From: an uncultured virus (IMG/VR IMGVR_UViG_3300030099_006786)
Lineage: Duplodnaviria; Heunggongvirae; Uroviricota; Caudoviricetes
Length of the DNA: 20,000 bases
Direction: 5' to 3' (one strand)
IMG/VR virus record: IMGVR_UViG_3300030099_006786
Every line of letters begins with the position of its first letter. Within the stretch, counting starts at the first letter, position 1. Below the pieces are notes generated by a model. It made no database searches. It was not told the DNA's origin and saw nothing but the letters and a program-made list of their open reading frames with translations. Made by a program: the position numbers and the translations under genes. Positions 1 through 7,273 of this stretch are shown in pieces.

Positions 1-537
1 TGAGTCGCCAGAATACGATCTGGCTATAAAATAATTGCAATCTCCGTCTTCGTCAAAAGATGGAATTATAATTCTATTCTTATATTCTCCAGCAAAACAA
101 TAGCCTATTTTCCATTTCAATATATCTGCTTGCGTAACACCACGTTTTGTTAGATAATTTAGCGCGTAAGTTCCTGTTGCTGGGATTTTTGTTGCGCAGA
201 GGCTTGTGAACTCTTTGGGTAATTCAAGTTTGACCTTGTGTTCTTGATCGCTTGGCTCCATAAATAAGTCAGCGAATCTTTCAATATCGGTACGGTCTGA
301 TATTGCGTCCCATTTCTGTAATTGGATATACGAACCAAAACGCCTAATAAGGCGCCTAACACTACGACCGCGATAATCACATACCCAGCAATGAAAAGCA
401 TTTTTATCCAAGTTAACAGCGAATTTATACTTTCTGTGATTGCACGACGGACATTGGAAATAATGCTCGTTTTTGCTGGTCTGGCGGTAGTTCCCAATAA
501 CTTCATTGAGTATTTTTAGTCCTTCTTTTTTATTCAT
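1..537 (-). CDS. DNA primase (DnaG/T4 gp61-like), N-terminal part; 3' end truncated by the window edge
   Basis: Manual translation from ATG at 537 is open to base 1 (179 codons): MNKKEGLKILNEVIGNYRQTSKNEHYFQCPSCNHRKYKFAVNLDKNAFHCWVCDYRGRS...ALNYLTKRGVTQADILKWKIGYCFAGEYKNRIIIPSFDEDGDCNYFIARSY. It has a C-x2-C-x17-C-x2-C zinc ribbon plus the YLxxRG, IGY, RIIIP and FxxR motifs of the primase catalytic-core N-terminal subdomain. Absent from the ORF track because there is no stop in the window. Confidence 0.9.
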   Translation of the reverse strand, partial: MNKKEGLKILNEVIGNYRQTSKNEHYFQCPSCNHRKYKFAVNLDKNAFHCWVCDYRGRSVRRLIRRFGSYIQLQKWDAISDRTDIERFADLFMEPSDQEHKVKLELPKEFTSLCATKIPATGTYALNYLTKRGVTQADILKWKIGYCFAGEYKNRIIIPSFDEDGDCNYFIARSYSGDS

Positions 538-560
538 ACGCCCTCAAGTGTATAATAACA

Positions 561-878
561 CTATTCGGAGTAGTCGTCAAGTATTTCTGGATACTTTATT
601 AATTCGTATATATTACCCCAAGGATCTCTCTTGTATGCGGAACACGATCCATCACGATGAAATTTTACTACATCTTCTTCATCAAACTCTTCTACCTCGA
701 TAGCAAAATGAGGTGGATGCTGGCCCTTAACAACAAAAGCAATTTTGACATTTTCTAATTCTACAAATGCCCAAGTATCATCCATGTAAAGCAAATCTGC
801 ATCAAAATTAAGTTGATACCATTTAGCAGCCAACCTTGGTTCATCAACTACTAAAGCTATGTGGTCAATCCTCTTCAT
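561..878 (-). CDS. VOC-family (glyoxalase/bleomycin resistance/dioxygenase-like) protein, about 105 aa
   Basis: RIDHIALVV...AAKWY...HFAIEV...DPWGNIYELIK are typical VOC beta-alpha-beta-beta-beta motifs with His, His and Glu candidate metal ligands. ATG at 878 (MKRIDH) is preferred to the track start at 905 because it places the first His motif at the usual N-terminal position. Confidence 0.85.
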   Translation of the reverse strand: MKRIDHIALVVDEPRLAAKWYQLNFDADLLYMDDTWAFVELENVKIAFVVKGQHPPHFAIEVEEFDEEDVVKFHRDGSCSAYKRDPWGNIYELIKYPEILDDYSE

Positions 879-1434
879 TTTCTGCAATCCATCCAGCTTG
901 AGCAATCACTATCGCATCAGCCCGATCATAACTTTCCGGTTTTGGATTACCGTGCTTAGTATATTCAATTGTAAATGCAGGCTCAGTATTTAGTAAATGC
1001 TCAAGTACAACTTGTTTTGCCTTTTGGCCTCTTGGTACCTTTATGCCTGCTAGCTTTCTTGCTGCGGAGGCGCCTAAATACTTTGGCTTTATCTCAAATA
1101 TTTCATAAACCAACCAAGAAACAATGCCGTTAAATTTTTGTAAAGCAGCCATTGTTTTAGCCGAAGAGCCGCCAGAATTGAAAAACATAAATGGCTGCTC
1201 TATATATATGGCCTGTACTGGAAACTTGGAATCTCCCCAGCCGGCTGAAGCAGTATCATCGTTATTAAGCTGATACATTTCGTACAAGTCAAGTATCTTT
1301 TCTTTTATAGCTATTGTTTTACTAAATACATCTTTATACTTTCTCAAATCTATAGAAGTATAGTGAAGTAGCTGACCATCACCAACTATAGCAAAACCAG
1401 TAATACTGGTACTGACATCAATTCCCAAAATCAT
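865..1434 (-). CDS. ruvC: RuvC-like Holliday junction resolvase (RNase H-like fold), 189 aa
   Basis: N-terminal MILGIDVSTSITGFAIV (catalytic Asp), central IYIEQPF (Glu) and C-terminal DRADAIVIA (Asp-x-x-Asp); length typical of RuvC. Confidence 0.88.
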   Translation of the reverse strand: MILGIDVSTSITGFAIVGDGQLLHYTSIDLRKYKDVFSKTIAIKEKILDLYEMYQLNNDDTASAGWGDSKFPVQAIYIEQPFMFFNSGGSSAKTMAALQKFNGIVSWLVYEIFEIKPKYLGASAARKLAGIKVPRGQKAKQVVLEHLLNTEPAFTIEYTKHGNPKPESYDRADAIVIAQAGWIAENEED

Positions 1435-2625
1435 TTACACATCCAATTTTAATTTAAATATATAATCTCTATCTTCTAATTTTCTCATAGGTTTGGACAA
1501 ATGTGTAATGGCAATTAAGTTTTTCTCATCGTCATATATACCAATTTTTGTGATGTAAGTTTCTTTTTGAAATGTACCAGTGGGGTCGACATAGCTTGTA
1601 CTAACTATGTTTTTAATATCTATTGTAGAATCCTCAATATAAGAAAACGAACTAGTATTAACTTTCGCTGTTTGGCCGTGTTTATAGAAAGTTAAATTAT
1701 TGGAATGATTTAATTCTTGTTTTTTAGCTTTTGCAAAATACGTCATTGTAGAAACATAATTTGTTCCCTCAAAATCAATTGAATAAGCTGCTTCTTCCAT
1801 AGTTGAATCCATAGTAAAACCATCATCAGTCATGGTAGTGCCCCAATACAGCCAAGAAGAAGTCACATAGTCTGGTGCCGAGGCTTGATTAAGATAGTCT
1901 CTAGAGCCTGTTTCTAAGGCCCATGAGCCAGTTAGAACTATAACACCCTGATCATACAACACAACACCAGCACAAGCGCCTGAACCGTTAGCTTGGGCGT
2001 ATGTGGTACCGGATACTTGTATCAATTCACCATTTCTTTTTGAATCTTGTAATTCAGCAACAACAGTTCCTGTTATATAATACTTTAAAGTAACTGAGCC
2101 TTTTTTGATGGATGAGCCATAAAAGATTGAAGGTACAGAAATTAAATTTACATCGGAGGTAATTTTATTTCCAAACACGCCAGACATTGCAAACCTAGGT
2201 GATAGTTGAGTATATGCACCCATTGATGTTCGAATGGCTCTGAGTCGCCTACGTTTAGCGCCAGCATCATTAACAAACGTTCTACTTAAGCTGGCTGATA
2301 GCCTGTAGGAGCCTGTTATTTTATCGCCATATCCAAACTGTGAATTAAAATTAGAAGTAGAAACCGTTTTAAATGCGCCGATGGTTCCGTCTTTGGTTAT
2401 AAACGGATGGATATATTTGTTAGTTGTACCATTACGATCAATGTTTAATTCATACAAACTAGCAAAGCCGCGTGGGACAGATCTTTCAGTAGCAGAAAAA
2501 CTACCACTAGTTTCTTTACTTTGTAAATAATAGACTGTTCCACTATGAATAAAGAAATTACTTTTAGGGTGAGTTTTTACCCTATTGTAAAATATGTCCT
2601 CTTCTTTAAACTTGAAGTAGGACAT
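1435..2625 (-). CDS. Putative virion tail/baseplate structural protein, 396 aa; paralogue of 2627..3772
   Basis: Long Ser/Thr/Gly-rich ORF. The C-terminal YITKIGIYDDEKNLIAITHLSKPMRK...FKLKLDV resembles the 'I.E.GLFD..G.LIA' segment of tail-collar/fibre proteins. Function inferred from motif and context. Confidence 0.65.
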   Translation of the reverse strand: MSYFKFKEEDIFYNRVKTHPKSNFFIHSGTVYYLQSKETSGSFSATERSVPRGFASLYELNIDRNGTTNKYIHPFITKDGTIGAFKTVSTSNFNSQFGYGDKITGSYRLSASLSRTFVNDAGAKRRRLRAIRTSMGAYTQLSPRFAMSGVFGNKITSDVNLISVPSIFYGSSIKKGSVTLKYYITGTVVAELQDSKRNGELIQVSGTTYAQANGSGACAGVVLYDQGVIVLTGSWALETGSRDYLNQASAPDYVTSSWLYWGTTMTDDGFTMDSTMEEAAYSIDFEGTNYVSTMTYFAKAKKQELNHSNNLTFYKHGQTAKVNTSSFSYIEDSTIDIKNIVSTSYVDPTGTFQKETYITKIGIYDDEKNLIAITHLSKPMRKLEDRDYIFKLKLDV

Positions 2626-2626
2626 G

Positions 2627-3772
2627 TTAGTAATCCAATCTTACCCTCAACGTGAGTTCATTGGTGGGATCTTTCTTAAGAGGTTCAGACACCTTAGCGG
2701 TGGCAAGCAATTCATTATCGACCGAATAAAGCCCAACAGTTGTAACATAGGCAACCGGGGCATCAGATGAATTTTGTTTCACTCTTAATTTACTCGAAGA
2801 AAGATACGTTAAGTTAGATGAATAATTGAACTCATTGTGAGCAAGTCTACAGAAATAAACAGTTGAATTTAATTCTGTTGTGTTGTTAAATTGTAGGTTG
2901 AATATTCTATGCCTAAAACCATTAGCAAAGGCATCCATAGTAGAACCAGTTAGTACATCTCTCGAAGATGTTTGAGAGGGAACCGTTGCTGGTGTCATAC
3001 CCGGAACAATTGCTATTGATTTACTTAAGAAACCTTGACCAAACGTTCCAACAGCGGCTTCTGCGTTACGCTGATCAAAAATACTAGCGGTTAAAACTGC
3101 GACACCTGCTTGATAATATAACAGTCCACAAGGAAAGCCTTTAGCTGGTGGAACACCAGCAACAGCAAACCCAGTACTAAAATAATCTTTCATATATAAC
3201 ACAGCGTATTCGCCGGCTGGGGAGTTAACTCGAAAATCATTTTGAGCGTTAGCGTCATAAATTTGAACCAAAGATGCCTCATCAAATGGATCTGTTGAGC
3301 CATAATTTCCAGAATTCATTCCCATAATAAGATTGAATGTGCCTTTTTTAATTTCATCTTTGGTAATCAAACGTGCAAAATTTAAGAAAATACACGTTTC
3401 AAGTTTTTGACCACCGGCTGCGATATTACCATCAGCGTCAAATTGTAATATAGAGCCAGTTGCATCATGGCCTGCAAGTACTTGAGCCATTTGTGTATAC
3501 ATGTTAATTTTCTTTGCATTCTGAGTAGAAGCGGCCCCTGAAACAGATGACTTGGCAGAGTATCCAACAGATATATCAAAAATATGGTTGGCAGATGAAC
3601 TTAGATATGGATAATCATATACTGCTTGAAATTGCCCGTGAGCAAAAGTTTTAATGTTTTCATCATTATACGTGCCACTTACTATTGTACCTGTAATTGG
3701 AATTGCTTCATGAAGAAGTGTTTTGGTTGAGACAACATCGTTGTCAGTTAAATTCTTAAATGTGCTAGCCAT
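2627..3772 (-). CDS. Putative virion tail/baseplate structural protein, 381 aa; paralogue of 1435..2625
   Basis: ATG start with AAGGA upstream. C-terminal YVTTVGLYSVDNELLATAKVSEPLKK...LRVRLDY. It shares IKKG, G..Y..GV.VLT.S and YF.....E.N.S.NLT blocks with the neighbouring protein. Confidence 0.65.
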   Translation of the reverse strand: MASTFKNLTDNDVVSTKTLLHEAIPITGTIVSGTYNDENIKTFAHGQFQAVYDYPYLSSSANHIFDISVGYSAKSSVSGAASTQNAKKINMYTQMAQVLAGHDATGSILQFDADGNIAAGGQKLETCIFLNFARLITKDEIKKGTFNLIMGMNSGNYGSTDPFDEASLVQIYDANAQNDFRVNSPAGEYAVLYMKDYFSTGFAVAGVPPAKGFPCGLLYYQAGVAVLTASIFDQRNAEAAVGTFGQGFLSKSIAIVPGMTPATVPSQTSSRDVLTGSTMDAFANGFRHRIFNLQFNNTTELNSTVYFCRLAHNEFNYSSNLTYLSSSKLRVKQNSSDAPVAYVTTVGLYSVDNELLATAKVSEPLKKDPTNELTLRVRLDY

Positions 3773-3782
3773 TATTTAATCC

Positions 3783-4727
3783 TTAAATTTTCTTAATAAA
3801 TCTTACTGGAATATCAATTCTATATCCAGTTGTTGCGCCGGTTACCTTAATAATAGTGTCAATAAACCTAACACTAACAGAGACACCGCTGATAGTAACA
3901 GTTGTAGTGCTACCAAGTTTTGTAAACAAATATGTACTTGTGTTTAAATCCAAGCTTGATTGGACCCTAAAATTCAATATTGTTCCTTTTGGCCCCTGAA
4001 TAACTTCAGTGCTAGGGTTTGTGCCAGCACTTGAAACCTCGCCGGCCTTCGGATTAATCTTTACAAATCCAGAATCTGTATTTTCTGATAAAAAGTAAGT
4101 CGCTATGTTATCATCGTCAATAAAGGAGATTGGGCCTCTATTACCATTAATATCAACTACGAAACCAAAACGATTATCCATTTCAATAATATATTGGGTT
4201 TCAAGAAGTTCGGAATCAATTGTGGAAGCTGGGCTAAGTTCACTGGTGTTTAAGCCTTGATCAACTCTAATAAAATTACCATCTAGTGTTTCGCCGCGGA
4301 GCACGCCTGCCACTGGTCGACCTTGAGTATCATTCGCCGTATTCTCTTCTGTGGACTGATCTACAGCAACTAGAAAAATATTATTGTTTGGTGCTGTTTG
4401 AAACGTTTGTGACGCCACATCTTTTTCATTCAATAATATAACAGGAAGATACAATAAATTAGTTCTAGGGATCGTAATAAGTTTCGATCTCATCGAAGCA
4501 GCATTGTCTGTGAAAGCTTCAAGTATAGGAGTCTGTAAAATTTCTAAATCATAATACGCGGAACCTGAAGCGTGTTGATTATTATAAAGACCGTAATCAA
4601 TCTCATCATCGCCTAAGCCAAACTTAGCGATTCTAAAGGAGCCATCACCTTTTGCTAATCTAAAGCGGCCAGTGTCAGTCAACACGGCATCAAGAATAAT
4701 GTCACCGGAATTATCTAAAAAACCCAT
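3783..4727 (-). CDS. Putative virion tail/baseplate structural protein, 314 aa
   Basis: ATG with a GAGGT SD. The N-terminus MGFLDNSGDIILDAVLTDTGRFRLAKGDGSFRIAKFGLGDDEIDY resembles tail-collar/fibre N-termini ('ILT..G...LA.......A.GD'). The C-terminus looks beta-strand-rich. Confidence 0.65.
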   Translation of the reverse strand: MGFLDNSGDIILDAVLTDTGRFRLAKGDGSFRIAKFGLGDDEIDYGLYNNQHASGSAYYDLEILQTPILEAFTDNAASMRSKLITIPRTNLLYLPVILLNEKDVASQTFQTAPNNNIFLVAVDQSTEENTANDTQGRPVAGVLRGETLDGNFIRVDQGLNTSELSPASTIDSELLETQYIIEMDNRFGFVVDINGNRGPISFIDDDNIATYFLSENTDSGFVKINPKAGEVSSAGTNPSTEVIQGPKGTILNFRVQSSLDLNTSTYLFTKLGSTTTVTISGVSVSVRFIDTIIKVTGATTGYRIDIPVRFIKKI

Positions 4728-4736
4728 TTTTGTTTT

Positions 4737-4753
4737 ACCTCACTATAAATAGT
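4737..4753 (-). promoter_or_regulatory. Candidate late-promoter/operator motif ACTATTTATAGT followed by SD GAGGT
   Basis: Lies in a 32-bp intergenic gap. ACTAT-N2-ATAGT inverted repeat at 4742-4753; SD 9 nt before the ATG at 4727. The promoter role is inferred. Confidence 0.45.
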
Positions 4754-4759
4754 CTTTAA

Positions 4760-7273
4760 TTATGTTTCTTCTTCTGTATATTTCAAATGCACATGTTCGC
4801 AAGTGAAATTAATATCAATTTTTTTACCAGTTAATTTTGAAGTTAATCTTAGTTTATAATTTTGACCCCAAACTTTTTCGTTTGCAGTTCCTAAATTAAC
4901 CTTAAGATTCTTAGGATTATTTTGCTGTAAGTCCAAAGTTTCTTGTTGTATAAGTCTTTGTTGTAAATTTGGAACTATTTGTATAAATCTTCTCATAGTT
5001 TTTTCTTTGTCAACAATAATATCATCAGCAAACTCAATAACCCTTTGTTCTAAGTAGACGCCACCTGATATGTTTACCAATTCAATTTCATAAACTGGAG
5101 ATGGATAAGATATTTTCCCATGAACATCAACACTTCTAAAAGTATAATAGTATTTGCGATCAAATTGTAGTGAATCTACAAAAGCAATTGCAGTTCCTTT
5201 AGTGTTGTTATCAGAAACTAGAGCTGTAGATATTTCTGCAATCTTTTTATCGAAAAAATCTTCGTAAGAAGTTGGTACAATATCTGTTCTAAAAATTTCA
5301 TATTTGATTGGATTATCATCAGTTGTAAAGTGTATTGGTATGTCTGTATTTAATGGTAGATTTTTTGCTCTTTTAAATTCATTAAATTGCTCTTGTTCTT
5401 TTGGAGAAAATGGTATAGGCTTTTTAAACAATTCGCCTGAGTTGCTAGACATCATAATTTTTACTTGATCCAAAGTTTCTCTTACATTAAAAATATCAAT
5501 GTTAGGAGAGGTAGAAAACGAATCTACCATGCGACCAGTATAAGAAAGTATTGGCATTTTAAAAATTTTCAAAGACGGACTACAGGTTACTGTAAACTCT
5601 GCTAAATATCTACTATTTTGTTCAATTGGCAAATATGTTACCTTGCCATTTTTGCTTGTTAATACTTGTCGAGTATTAATTCTAGGTTTAACTGGCTTAC
5701 TGGTTTTTTGATTATAAAGCTCAATACATTCATCAGCCACCTTAGTACTTAACGCTAAGTCGCTGTATTTATATTTTGTACATACAGCAAGACAAATGGC
5801 ATTTACTTCATAAACGTATTGTTGATTATAAACCATTTGAGAATCAATTAAATCTAAATCTTTAACTGAATCTAAATTAGGAACAATGTACCTTTTAACA
5901 AAGTTGTCTGGTGAATTATTTCTTTTGTATTTAATAATTTCATATGCTACAGTATCAACTTTTGATTTATTAGGCTCAAAAATCATATTATAATCTTTCA
6001 AAAATACTTTGACGTAATTTCTTAATCTACCTAAAAATTCTATGGAATTTAAATTTCTGACTAATGAATAATTATTATCAAAAGCTGTGCGATAAGACAT
6101 ACCTCTAAAATCAGTTAGATAAGTAGTTTCTGCATCTGGTGGATTTGGCTCAGATTCATATACGGTATTCCACCAGTCTAGCAAGTTGAACGCAGGATAT
6201 GTGTAAGAATTATACTCTACGTTTCTATTTAATTTTTCATTCTCTAATAATAAGTTTTCAATACTGAAATCTATTAATTCACCTTTGCCGCTCATTGCAA
6301 CGTCGTATAAATTTTCTTCCTTGGCAAAATCTAAAAAATCAATTAATAAATCTGATTCATCTAATATCTCACTTATAACTGATGCATCATCAGTGGTCAT
6401 TTTTAAATTTGTATACATTGGCATATAAAACTTGTCATCATTAGAGCTAAGAATTTTAAATACTGAAGACTTGTCAAATAATATGTCTTTTTCTTGACGA
6501 CCGGTGCCGATACGATTTGCAGGATTCATCCTGTTGAAACTTAGAATATTTGATTTTAAAAACTTATCAAAATTTTTCTTTGAGCGATCAGGATCATTTT
6601 TGCCTTTATTAAAAGATTTAAGTGTTTTTTTGAATCTATTCTTTGCTTCCTTGTCGTTATTAAAAACAACATCAACAATAGGATTAAAATCCATTTCTTC
6701 TTCCGCAGATGCCCTTAAATACGATAATAAATTTAAATTTGGTAATGCATTATCTTCATCTGACTGTTCTTCAATGTTCAAAGTAACATTTTCATAAATT
6801 CTATCGTAAAAATTATATTCAAAATTTACATGATATGAATCAACTTTACTGCTGTCTGCCATTCTTTCGCTAATCGTTTTTTCAATTGGCATAACATAAT
6901 CAAAAGCATATTCATCATATTCAGCATCCATATCGACCAGTCCACCATAATTTTTAATTTCATTACTTTCTGGACTAGAGTACGCCAAACCTTTTACAAA
7001 TGCATGCCATTCTTCGTCATTTTCGAAAAACTTTTCTTTGCCAACAACTCGAATATGATTTGTTATAACAGGCATAACAGGATTATTATTTGTTCTTTTT
7101 TTAGAAATTATAACATTATCGACTTTTCTATGAAATTTTTGTTCAGCATCCATGTCTCTGGCATAGGAATTGCTTTTATCTTTTATAGACCAAACTCTAC
7201 CGTTAAGTTTTCTAAATTTATCTGAACTAGCATCCACTAAATTGTTTGCTAGAAAAAGTTTTTTATTTGGCAT
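4760..7273 (-). CDS. Hypothetical structural protein, 837 aa, with two fibronectin type III/Ig-like segments in the C-terminal half
   Basis: Long ORF whose start overlaps the upstream stop (TAATG). Segments YEIIKY...IDSQMVYNQQYVYEVNAI and YEIFRTD...FVDSLQFDRKYYYTFRSVDVHGKISYPS match the FN3 pattern Y.I.R...F.D..L....Y.Y.V.AV...G..S. Confidence 0.6.
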   Translation of the reverse strand: MPNKKLFLANNLVDASSDKFRKLNGRVWSIKDKSNSYARDMDAEQKFHRKVDNVIISKKRTNNNPVMPVITNHIRVVGKEKFFENDEEWHAFVKGLAYSSPESNEIKNYGGLVDMDAEYDEYAFDYVMPIEKTISERMADSSKVDSYHVNFEYNFYDRIYENVTLNIEEQSDEDNALPNLNLLSYLRASAEEEMDFNPIVDVVFNNDKEAKNRFKKTLKSFNKGKNDPDRSKKNFDKFLKSNILSFNRMNPANRIGTGRQEKDILFDKSSVFKILSSNDDKFYMPMYTNLKMTTDDASVISEILDESDLLIDFLDFAKEENLYDVAMSGKGELIDFSIENLLLENEKLNRNVEYNSYTYPAFNLLDWWNTVYESEPNPPDAETTYLTDFRGMSYRTAFDNNYSLVRNLNSIEFLGRLRNYVKVFLKDYNMIFEPNKSKVDTVAYEIIKYKRNNSPDNFVKRYIVPNLDSVKDLDLIDSQMVYNQQYVYEVNAICLAVCTKYKYSDLALSTKVADECIELYNQKTSKPVKPRINTRQVLTSKNGKVTYLPIEQNSRYLAEFTVTCSPSLKIFKMPILSYTGRMVDSFSTSPNIDIFNVRETLDQVKIMMSSNSGELFKKPIPFSPKEQEQFNEFKRAKNLPLNTDIPIHFTTDDNPIKYEIFRTDIVPTSYEDFFDKKIAEISTALVSDNNTKGTAIAFVDSLQFDRKYYYTFRSVDVHGKISYPSPVYEIELVNISGGVYLEQRVIEFADDIIVDKEKTMRRFIQIVPNLQQRLIQQETLDLQQNNPKNLKVNLGTANEKVWGQNYKLRLTSKLTGKKIDINFTCEHVHLKYTEEET

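Noticed and set aside
159..506. 115-aa minus-strand ORF with a hydrophobic stretch (holin-like at first glance)
   Set aside because: It lies wholly inside the primase gene in another frame. The primase frame carries all the conserved motifs, so this is most likely a shadow ORF.
545..560. TATAAT at 551-556 on the + strand as a sigma70 promoter
   Set aside because: There is no -35 match at suitable spacing, it points antisense to all genes, and such hexamers are expected by chance in AT-rich DNA.
865..1434. RuvC as a TnpB/Cas12-like or transposase nuclease
   Set aside because: It is a compact stand-alone 189-aa RuvC with no zinc ribbon, no adjacent non-coding RNA space, no array and no terminal repeats.
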